DNA of 15,874 nucleotides from a virus (Duplodnaviria; Heunggongvirae; Uroviricota; Caudoviricetes): IMG/VR virus record IMGVR_UViG_2526164613_000013; one strand, 5' to 3'. Shown piece by piece: positions 7,107 to 14,239 of this stretch (position 1 is its first letter; each line of letters starts with the position of its first letter). The notes under the pieces were generated by a model. It saw only the letters and a program-made list of their open reading frames with translations, ran no database searches and was not told where the DNA came from. The position numbers and the translations under genes were made by a program.

Positions 7107-8096
7107 TTATATACGTCCTTTAAGATAAGTCAGTCCTGGATGAAACCAGTAAGCCGGCACTTTTTTAAAGGGCGGATTATCAAAATCACGAAGAAGAGCC
7201 TCCCGCACAACTGCATCCTTGTCCGCACCACTGGCCAGCGCTTCAATCTCAGCAGCTATCTGCAGATATCCCATGCAACGACCAATGCACTTCATCAGCC
7301 CCTGCTTTTTATTGTTCTTCAGGTAATCAATGGCAAATTCAATGAGCTCCTCACTATGCTGGTGCGATGGCGGTGTTACTTTTCCATTTTCTGAGATGGT
7401 TATTTTCCCAGCATCACCGGATACAACAAAGGATGGCCGGTTACACTCCCATTCCAGGTCACTGAAATTATCATTATGAATACTGAAACACTCTGCGAGA
7501 TTTCTGCTCATCACTTTCCGGCAATAATCGTAAAACGCAGCAAACTGCTCATCGCGGCGTTTTTTTTCAGGCTGCTGAAGATGCTCTTTCAACCATGAAG
7601 CGCAGCTTAGATTCGCCGCGCGATCAGGAATAGCTTCTTTCATTTCGTCTGCTGCAAGCACCTCATTTTTTGTTGGGGTGCTTTTTTTCAATTCAGCGAT
7701 ATAGCACTCCAGTTTTTCAATACGCGATTCAACATCATCTTTTTCTGACCGCAGTGTTGACGGCGGCATCTTCAGAGAACAAGTAATTCTTCCCGGTAGC
7801 TTTCCTTTGTAGGTTATCAATACATCCTGCGCATCTAAAATTACGGGGCGCTTTTCCGGTGACGGTTCATCCCCTTCGCATAACCCGGCAACAATATCCA
7901 TGAAAAACTGCTTCGCCTGTTTTTTCGCCTCAGCTTCGTAGAACTCCAGCGTGGCACCTTCAGTACGGTCAAGACTAATCGCCACATGTGGCAACAACAA
8001 CGACGGATGCCCGCCAATTTCAAGTGCCACAGTAACAGCAATCTTATCCGGGTAATTATTTATCTCTTTAACAACCAGTTCGTATTTTTTCTTCAT
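7107..8096 (-). CDS. Uncharacterised 329-aa cytoplasmic protein inserted between holin and endolysin (moron of unknown function)
   Basis: Intact ORF starting 4 nt after the holin stop, with GGGGAG 9 nt upstream of the ATG. No TM segment or signal peptide; central charged, probably coiled-coil segment (SEKDDVESRIEKLECYIAELKK); lower GC than flanking lysis genes. No family recognised. Confidence 0.7.
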   Translation of the reverse strand: MKKKYELVVKEINNYPDKIAVTVALEIGGHPSLLLPHVAISLDRTEGATLEFYEAEAKKQAKQFFMDIVAGLCEGDEPSPEKRPVILDAQDVLITYKGKLPGRITCSLKMPPSTLRSEKDDVESRIEKLECYIAELKKSTPTKNEVLAADEMKEAIPDRAANLSCASWLKEHLQQPEKKRRDEQFAAFYDYCRKVMSRNLAECFSIHNDNFSDLEWECNRPSFVVSGDAGKITISENGKVTPPSHQHSEELIEFAIDYLKNNKKQGLMKCIGRCMGYLQIAAEIEALASGADKDAVVREALLRDFDNPPFKKVPAYWFHPGLTYLKGRI

Positions 8097-8100
8097 CGCT

Positions 8101-8307
8101 TTAGTCTCCCCGCGCCGTCTTACGGCGGTCCTCCCTGATTTTGAAATACAGGTTAGTCAGATACGTCAGCAGGCCAAACAGCAGACTCCCCAGTACACCT
8201 ATTGCCACCCACTGGGACGGAGAGACTTTGTCCAGCAGCTGCAGTAACCAGTATCCCGTCCCCACCGCTGACGTGGTGTATGACACACCCGTTGTGATTT
8301 TTTCCAT
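8101..8307 (-). CDS. Class II holin / pinholin (phage 21 S / EssD-like)
   Basis: [68 protein letters not shown] closely matches S21/EssD as I recall them. Start taken at ATG 8305-8307; the ORF-track N-terminal extension is rejected. Confidence 0.85.
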   Translation of the reverse strand: MEKITTGVSYTTSAVGTGYWLLQLLDKVSPSQWVAIGVLGSLLFGLLTYLTNLYFKIREDRRKTARGD

Positions 8308-8562
8308 CTGATGTATGTCTCCGTCACCGCCGACAGAAAATGAAAGTAAAGGAAAACAAAAAGCCGCCAGTGTCACCCACTGACGGCCAACTCCGGGAGC
8401 CGTGATTATGGCATTCAGGCTCTGCTAAAAATGCCAGATAACATTCCGACCAACCCCTGATTCAGGTTATAAATGACACAATATCTTGACAACATCCGTC
8501 ACTGTCTGTCAGAAAATGTACTGCCAAATATAAGTATCATGTGAAGTACATCTACCCGTTTT

Positions 8563-8600
8563 AGCCAGCGTCCTTCAGAGTGGGCGCTGGCTTTTTTATT
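8563..8600 (+). terminator. Intrinsic-terminator-like hairpin oriented for the plus strand (stem agccagcg / cgctggct, then T5)
   Basis: 8-bp GC-rich stem with 14-nt loop followed by tttttt on the plus strand only; the minus-strand reading has no U-tract. It overlaps the nanS-p stop codon. Confidence 0.5.
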
Positions 8601-10471
8601 ATGCTGCCGGTGCATTTATCTCCAGCATCAGACTTTCTATCTCAACGCCATACGCTGCATTTTTTGTAACATCCGTCAGCGTCAGCGCATTCAGTCCCAG
8701 TGTCAGACTGTCTTTTATAACCTGGAATGCCGGGCCAGCCACTCCATTCAGTTTCGGAGTAACCGTGGCACTGCCGGCGGTGAACACCAGCTCCAGCGTC
8801 TGCCAGTCGTTACCGTAATCGCCGAACTCCCCCAGCTTCGTGTTTCCGGCTTTCCTGTGATGCATCAGATTCACTCTGCCGTCAGTGGTCTGAGTGAAGT
8901 ACGACATCAGGAACGGATTACCGGTACCCGTCATCGCCACACCATCAGGAACGGGAGCATCCGTATACAGATAAATCCCCAGCCCGAACTGATTGTTGGT
9001 CAGTGCGCCTGACAGGCGGAACTTACAGGTCAGTCTGCCGCCCTGTGTCAGCAGGGTAATTGCGTCATCCACCGGATGCGTCAGGGACCAGGTTTTATTG
9101 CTCTGCTTGGTGATCTTAAATACACCATCTGACAACTGAATTCCGCCATCCTTAATGCTCCAGCCCTGCGCAGCAGCCTCTCCGGCTGCCGGCAGCAGCC
9201 TCTCCGGCTGCCGGCAGCAGGGAGATTGTGCGAACGGACGTATCTGCAGACGGACCCGATGGCGTGTTGCCGCCGGGCGAGGGTTTAATTTCCGGTGCCT
9301 TACCACTGATGAAGGCTGAGGTGCGCCCGGCTGCGTTCAGAATAGCGGTTGCCAGACGATCCGGAATAATGCTCCTGCGCGCCCATGAACTGAAATGTGT
9401 CGGGCGGTTTGATGATACCTGGTTTCCATTCGTTCTCGATGCCGCACCGTAATATCCTGATGCCGGAATATCCGGATCTTCTGCCGGCGCGTTAGTGGCG
9501 GTATTGACGCCGTTACCGTCTGTCATGAAGGGCACAAAATAAACGCCCTCACTCTCCCTGTTTTTATACCCGCCGTACACGGTGTCGTACTGGGTAGCGT
9601 ATGTATTTTTCCAGTAATACGTCGTGTCACCACAAATCCACGGCACATCTGCAGCACTGCCACCATGGCACTGCGCGTTAAACACGGAGAGGTCAGCACG
9701 AAACTGTGTCAGCATGGCTGTAAACAGCGCAGGTTGCTGTGCGTGGGTGGCGGCGCTCATGTCAAACTCTCCCTGCATCCAGCACACCGCCAGCAACACA
9801 TTTTTCGGGTTCTTCTGTAATGCAGCTTTAGTGCGCGCAATCAGGTCCTGATATAACGGTTTACCCACACCCCAGCGTGCCGAATCCTGGCTGGCCCCCG
9901 TGTCCGCACTGAATGTCCCCTCAGCGCCCTGGGTGAATGCAGAACCACCACGACAGCATGGTACCAGCAGGATCCCCGCGTTATTCGGGATATACGGAAG
10001 CAGTTTTTTGGCAATATGTAAGCCCTGGCCGACACAGCCGTACTGCCCTTTGCTCAGGTCTGCCTTCGGATGATTCAGCGTACTCATATCCTGCACATCA
10101 TGCAGGCAGTGGTCAGCCGGGATGATGTCGTTATACGTACAACTCTCTCCACCCGGAGTTACCGTGCTGCGGCGCGCCAGCTGTTTAATGCGCGGATCCG
10201 GAGCATCGTAAGAATCCGGTAACGGAAGCCCTTCACCGTAGGCCATGCCGTTGGACTGTCCGGCAAGCACAACCACGTAGAACCAGTCCGGCTCAGATGA
10301 AGGGCCGTCCTGTGGATCTCCTTCAATAGCCACCGCCTGCATCAGTGTGTACGGCGTAATGGCAACCGGTCCGCCGTATGGCTGCCAGCCCTCTTTCAGT
10401 TTGTGTGTCAGCTTTTCCGCAAGGTCTGACGGCGACGCCGCCCTGACAACATCATAGTGTTTAAATGCCAT
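8599..10471 (-). pseudogene. nanS-p: NanS-p-like prophage sialate O-acetylesterase (DUF1737 + SASA/SGNH esterase + C-terminal domain), disrupted by a frameshifting 22-bp tandem duplication
   Basis: N-terminus MAFKHYDVVRAASPSDLAEKLTHKLKEGWQPYGGP (DUF1737-like) and VVVLAGQSNGMAYGEG (GQSN esterase motif). The two ORFs 9152..10471 and 8599..9306 both encode LLPAAGEAAA across the duplicated segment and are in different frames. Position between the tRNA cluster and the holin matches nanS-p in Stx-type lambdoid phages. Confidence 0.75.
9171..9220. repeat. Tandem direct duplication of a 22-bp unit (cagcagcctctccggctgccgg, 2.3 copies) inside nanS-p
   Basis: Exact repeat at 9171-9192 and 9193-9214, plus partial cagcag at 9215-9220. 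The unit is not a multiple of 3, so it shifts the frame. Confidence 0.9.
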
Positions 10472-10662
10472 GAATCCTCCCGGCCGGGATAATATTGTGA
10501 GTAAAATGAGGAGCGGGCTGAAGTCCGGAAGTTATAGGACAATGGCAGAAGAGAGACAACAGCCCGCAATACGAAAAAGGCCGCGCTATTGCGCAGAGTG
10601 ATTACTGTCGGATATTATTCGCCAGCTGAAATATTACTTCACGTTTTGTTGTTTATTCCTTG

Positions 10663-10693
10663 CCGCCCGCGTCTCCCTGCGCGGGCTTTTTTT
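10663..10693 (+). terminator. Intrinsic terminator oriented for the plus strand (stem gcccgcg / cgcgggc, then T7); a second GC hairpin follows at 10705-10724
   Basis: 7-bp all-GC stem with 8-nt loop followed by seven T; the adjacent hairpin agcccctc-cgga-gaggggct reads on the minus strand with a weak U-rich tail. Confidence 0.55.
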
Positions 10694-10920
10694 GTCCATA
10701 AGAAAGCCCCTCCGGAGAGGGGCTGGAGAGTGGCGCTATGTGCCATTGCATGGTGCCGGGTGCCTCCCGGTGAATTCAGTACCAGCACCTGAATCCGCGA
10801 TTATCCCATATACCTACTCGCTGATTGCCCCTCCGCACAGGGGGATTCACCATGCCAGTTTCTTTTAACAAACTCCCCGCAAACCAGACAACAGTCAACC
10901 GCCTGAATTGTGAGACATTT

Positions 10921-10946
10921 AAAAAAAAGGCCCGCAAAAGCGAGCC
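10921..10946 (-). terminator. Intrinsic terminator immediately downstream of the tRNA cluster (minus strand: stem ggctcgc / gcgggcc with one G-U pair, then U8)
   Basis: Plus strand shows aaaaaaaa-ggcccgc-aaaa-gcgagcc at 10921-10946, about 15 nt past the argO 3' end. Confidence 0.55.
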
Positions 10947-10960
10947 AGGGAAAATAAGTG

Positions 10961-11037
10961 TGGCGCGTTGTACTGGATTCGAACCAGTGACCGATTGCTT
11001 AGAAGGCAATTGCTCTGTCCGGCTGAGCTAACAACGC
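10961..11037 (-). tRNA. argO: tRNA-Arg (anticodon UCU), argO-like
   Basis: 77-nt cloverleaf read by hand: acceptor GCGTTGT/ACAACGC, D-arm GCTC-AGCCGGACA-GAGC, anticodon loop CTTCTAA, T-arm ACTGG-TTCGAAT-CCAGT, encoded CCA. Confidence 0.9.
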
Positions 11038-11050
11038 AGGATACAGATAA

Positions 11051-11127
11051 TGGACCGCCTTCGGGGACCCGAACTCCGCGCAACCAGCTTCGAAAGCTGG
11101 CGCTCTTTCCTGATGAGCTAATGGCGG
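11051..11127 (-). tRNA. argN: tRNA-Arg-like (anticodon UCG), argN-like; non-canonical features (C1-G72, A6-A67 mismatch, G58 in T-loop, one T-stem mismatch), possibly degenerate
   Basis: 77-nt cloverleaf-compatible sequence with anticodon loop TTTCGAA, sitting between two clear tRNAs with 7- and 13-nt spacers, as in the ileZ-argN-argO cluster of lambdoid phages. Confidence 0.6.
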
Positions 11128-11134
11128 TATGTGA

Positions 11135-11210
11135 TGGTGGCCCTTGCTGGATTTGAACCAGCGACCTGGCGATTATGAGTCGCTCGCTCTCACCACTGAG
11201 CTAAAGGGCC
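11135..11210 (-). tRNA. ileZ: tRNA with CAU anticodon, ileX/ileZ-like (tRNA-Ile2, lysidine-type; often annotated as tRNA-Met)
   Basis: 76-nt cloverleaf: acceptor GGCCCTT/AAGGGCC, anticodon loop CTCATAA, T-loop TTCAAAT, encoded CCA. Strong resemblance to E. coli ileX as recalled. Confidence 0.9.
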
Positions 11211-11238
11211 GGGTCAAAAAATAATAATCAGATGAAAA

Positions 11239-11952
11239 TCAATAATCAAGCCCTTGCCTGGATACATATCTGTCTGGCGGGAAGCCATAATAGCGGTGAA
11301 ATACAGAAATAAAGTAGGACCAGCTTGAATAACCGCATTTTTCTGCTACAGCCTGTCCATATCCATGCCGGGAACATAACATATTGACAGCAACACGCAT
11401 CCGCTCTTCCAGCAACAAGCGACTGAACATGTGCCCTTCATTTTTCAGTTTTATCTTTAACAAACTCTCACTCATATGCAGGCGTAACGCAATCGCACCA
11501 AGCGTCCAGCTTGCTGATATATCTGTCTGAATTATCGCCCTGACTTTGGCACTTATACTGGATAAACATCCACTTAAAAATAATAATATCCGTTCATCTG
11601 ATTCAAACAGCGACAGGCATACCATCATAAGAAACATATCCGTGGTATCTCCGGAAAATCTCTGGCTGGTAATTAAAGCCTCAGCCAACGCAGGGTTGTT
11701 GGGTTCCAGTGACAGATAAAGCGGAACGTCAGTCAGATGAGTTCTTGTCAGCTTATGCTGAATTTCCAGATATTGACTTACTATGGAATGGTTTATATCG
11801 AAAATTTTAACTTTGCCATAATGCATAAGGAAAAGCGCCCTGATGCATTTGGTGGCCAGAACGACTGAGCCGGGCTTAAGTGACAACGTATCCTTTTCAA
11901 GAAAAATATTAATTGGGGAGCAAACCATGATAACTGAACAGACAACAACCAT
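11239..11952 (-). CDS. AraC-family transcriptional regulator (Rns/PerA-like), AT-rich moron gene; start codon uncertain
   Basis: C-terminal dual-HTH AraC signature (SASWTLGAIALRLHMSESLLKIKLKNEGHMFSRLLLEERMRVAVNMLCSRHGYGQAVAEKCGYSSWSYFISVFHRYYGFPPDRY) aligns with Rns-type regulators. AT-rich codon usage contrasts with the phage backbone. Confidence 0.8.
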   Translation of the reverse strand: MVVVCSVIMVCSPINIFLEKDTLSLKPGSVVLATKCIRALFLMHYGKVKIFDINHSIVSQYLEIQHKLTRTHLTDVPLYLSLEPNNPALAEALITSQRFSGDTTDMFLMMVCLSLFESDERILLFLSGCLSSISAKVRAIIQTDISASWTLGAIALRLHMSESLLKIKLKNEGHMFSRLLLEERMRVAVNMLCSRHGYGQAVAEKCGYSSWSYFISVFHRYYGFPPDRYVSRQGLDY

Positions 11953-11988
11953 TATAATTTTACTTTCATTAGCAATTGGTTAGTTCAA

Positions 11989-12285
11989 TTATAGCCCCAA
12001 AAGGTAAATTATCATCAACACATAAGCAAAGGACTGACAGGTGCCGCTAACACCCACCAGCCGCCCATTTACCACAAATAAAAAGCCTTCAGGACTGAAG
12101 GCGTCTGTAACAACCGAACTGATAGTCTGCCAGACCCGCATAACCAGCAGGGTCAGTATTAACTGGCAGCGCTCGCGTGAAAGGTACGTATTCTGCGCAA
12201 TCTCCCCAACCGTCGCCGGTTCGGTGACGCTTAATTCATCAAACACAACTCTGGCGGTTTCTGTCATATCCTGCTGTTTCAGCAT
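11989..12285 (-). CDS. Hypothetical 98-aa protein with an N-terminal HTH-like segment (ATVGEIAQNTYLSRERCQLIL) and hydrophobic C-terminus
   Basis: Minus-strand ORF directly upstream of the AraC gene, with E. coli-like codon usage and AAGGG upstream of the ATG. No family recognised. Confidence 0.35.
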   Translation of the reverse strand: MLKQQDMTETARVVFDELSVTEPATVGEIAQNTYLSRERCQLILTLLVMRVWQTISSVVTDAFSPEGFLFVVNGRLVGVSGTCQSFAYVLMIIYLLGL

Positions 12286-12406
12286 GTCTTTTTACCCTTT
12301 CCGGTTAACGTGACACACCAATAACTCTTGTCGAAAAAGCCAGCAAGCTGAAAGACCTGTATTAATAACTACCAGCACATTTAACGCACTGCGCTACTTT
12401 GCGGGC

Positions 12407-12430
12407 ACAAAAAACCCGCTCAGAGGCGGG
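12407..12430 (-). terminator. Candidate intrinsic terminator downstream of the CPBP gene (minus strand: cccgc-ctctga-gcggg, then U6)
   Basis: Plus strand aaaaaa-cccgc-tcagag-gcggg at 12409-12430. The 5-bp stem is short, so confidence is modest. Confidence 0.4.
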
Positions 12431-12571
12431 GTCAAGCTATGCGGCGAAATAACCACTCTTAACAGCATACCTGATTTTTTACGTACGTAAATGCTTTGCC
12501 GTGCATATTTTTCATGCAAATGTCACGTCCTGCTATTTTTCAGTCTTATAAATTTAAAACCATAGAAAAAA

Positions 12572-13389
12572 TCAATTATGTTTTAAAAATGGATAGGTAA
12601 AGAATAACAAGTGACACAGATTCAAACCAAAATGGAAAAGGGTGGCAACCCACAAACGCCCACTCCACATCCATGACAATCCATACACAACACCAGATAA
12701 CGTGGCAAATAATACAAGTAAAGCACCACCTGAATAGTGAAAAAAACCAAACAACAAAGCCGCCACAATTAATGCAACCAATGGAGACGTTACTTCTGAT
12801 AGCCGTGATTGAATATACCCTCTAAATAATGATTCCTCTGCCAGAGACACAAAAAACAAATTAGCCAATATAAACTCTGGCAACCACTCAGGAAAATGAA
12901 TTTCTGGCTTTAATCCACCAAAAAAAACAGCCAAAAACAGGATAAGAGGAACAGAGAGCGACAGAGCCCCCCACTTCCACAAAGACACTTCTGATTTTAC
13001 TTCTTTTTTAAACAAAGAAGATGTACACAGGACTAACAAAAATGGCACCAGCGCTTTATCAAAATTAAAATACATTGTATAGGGAGTGCTTTGAGGGCCA
13101 ACAGTAACAGAATTTAGCACTACAGGATTGTGAAACCCTGGCCATAGATGGAAAGATAATGCTATGGCTGATAAAACTATGCCAACTTCATATATAGATT
13201 TAGCCCAGGCGTTATATTTCCAGTTGAACTTCAAAATAATAAAAAAACGATTGTAGCAACAAAAAATAACACCGACCAATCAATAATATCATTAAGCACA
13301 GCCAGGACAACAGACACCGTCAACAATGAAAAAGCCACTACCTTATGCCAACTGAGAGTTGACAGTGACAGTACTAACACAATCCACAT
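12572..13389 (-). CDS. CPBP-family intramembrane metalloprotease (CAAX protease / Abi, PF02517-like); N-terminal ~52 codons are in a different frame from the rest (frameshift in a poly-A/T tract between 13232 and 13280)
   Basis: Conserved CPBP motifs EExxxR (AEESLFRGYIQ), FxxxH (LFGFFHY) and HxxxN (HFGLNLCH) in a polytopic membrane protein. A strong RBS (AAGGAG-5nt-ATG at 13387-13389) opens a 52-codon hydrophobic frame that stops at 13231, while the main frame (track ORF 12572..13279, TTG-initiated) continues. Confidence 0.75.
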
Positions 13390-13494
13390 AAGCACTCCTT
13401 TTATTTAATGATGAAGATTGATTATCAATATTTTCAATTCACCAGGCAACATTTTATCTACCTTCCACAATACATGACCATCAAAAAAATAAAC

Positions 13495-13530
13495 ATGTTA
13501 ATTATAAACGCAGAAAACATAACCCTCATC
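13495..13530 (-). promoter_or_regulatory. Candidate late promoter (pR'-like): perfect -10 TATAAT (13501-13506, minus strand) with a weak -35, just downstream of the Q stop codon
   Basis: Hexamer TATAAT read on the minus strand about 35 nt after the Q stop; its location matches pR' in lambdoid phages. The -35 match is poor (ATGAGG) and no Q-utilisation site could be verified. Confidence 0.3.
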
Positions 13531-13541
13531 ACTATATATCC

Positions 13542-13913
13542 CTACCGCATATCCATATCTAACCGGACATTCAGAGCCATAAGCATTCCTTCAATAATAC
13601 CTTCCGCTTTATAAAGCCTTTTACCAATAAGCCCATCAGAACATCTATGCTTACGTGCAAGAGCCATAAATGTCATTCCACCTACGTAATAATCCACCAA
13701 CAAATCGTGCAAATACTGATTATTCTTGTTTAATCGTGCCATACAACCACAAATTATCATGGCGTCATCATCAGAACACTGAGGACGTGATTTCACTTTA
13801 GTCGGGATTAATCCTTTAAAACCAGCAGCTATCGAGGGCCATGTTACATCTTCATGATTATTTGCTGCCCATGCCTCCCATCGCTCAAGAACCATCTGGA
13901 TATCACGCGCCAT
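13542..13913 (-). CDS. Late-gene antiterminator Q (QuuD/YbcQ-type Q family)
   Basis: [65 protein letters not shown]...[18 protein letters not shown] is highly similar to E. coli DLP12 QuuD as recalled. ATG at 13911-13913 is preferred over the GTG at 13922 because of the GAGGTGG upstream. Confidence 0.8.
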   Translation of the reverse strand: MARDIQMVLERWEAWAANNHEDVTWPSIAAGFKGLIPTKVKSRPQCSDDDAMIICGCMARLNKNNQYLHDLLVDYYVGGMTFMALARKHRCSDGLIGKRLYKAEGIIEGMLMALNVRLDMDMR

Positions 13914-14227
13914 CGTTACCACCTCTGATTTCGTAAATCTTCACGCCCAGCCGTCCACCTGGCACAGGCTGACCGCGCACAATATTGATTTCATCAAACT
14001 GCTCGTCATCAATGAGCACTTCCGCATGCGTCAGCGCATCCAGCGGTGCTTTCAGAATGTTGTCCAGGTCACGGCGGCGCTTATCCGGTGGTTCTGCAAT
14101 AATTTTTATTGCCAGCCGTCCGGACAGGCTTAATTTCAGCCGCTTTTGATACAAAATATGTGCTGCCACGACGTCGCCAGTAGGTGTTCACCGTCGGCGG
14201 GTAAGGCAAAACAAACTCTATACGCAT
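13903..14227 (-). CDS. rusA: RusA-family Holliday junction resolvase, frameshifted (N-terminal 48 codons in one frame, 14081..14227; C-terminal part in another, 13903..14169)
   Basis: N-terminal frame [31 protein letters not shown]... and C-terminal frame ...[38 protein letters not shown]... together match the RusA fold, including the DRRRRDLDN-type catalytic motif. AGAGG lies upstream of the ATG. Confidence 0.8.
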
Positions 14228-14239
14228 CAGTAACCTCTT

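Noticed and set aside
6479-7128. ORFs 6479..6727 (minus) and 6727..7128 (plus)
   Set aside because: Out-of-frame or antisense overlaps of the SAR endolysin gene.
8308-8376. N-terminal extension of the holin track ORF ([23 protein letters not shown]...)
   Set aside because: The conserved pinholin begins at MEKITTG, which has a GGAG upstream. The extension depends on a non-ATG start and has no counterpart in S21/EssD.
9171-9220. Possible CRISPR or other repeat array at the 22-bp repeat
   Set aside because: Only about 2.3 directly adjacent copies with no spacers, lying inside a coding sequence. It is a tandem duplication, not a CRISPR array.
9228-10125. Plus-strand ORFs 9228..9452, 9624..9851 and 9937..10125, and minus ORF 9841..10035
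   Set aside because: Antisense or alternative frames inside the nanS-p gene, which is well supported on the minus strand.
10589-11156. ORFs 10589..10792, 10776..11009, 10825..11031 and 10968..11156
   Set aside because: They overlap the terminator hairpins and the three tRNA genes. The products look like noise and no RBS is evident.
12041-12313. Plus-strand 90-aa ORF antisense to the wHTH gene
   Set aside because: Ser/Thr-rich low-complexity product. The minus-strand frame has better codon usage and an HTH-like motif.
13408-13614. Plus-strand 68-aa ORF in the Q-CPBP intergenic region
   Set aside because: Very AT-rich, overlaps the Q 3' end and the candidate pR' region, and the product is low-complexity (Ile/Tyr/Asn-rich).
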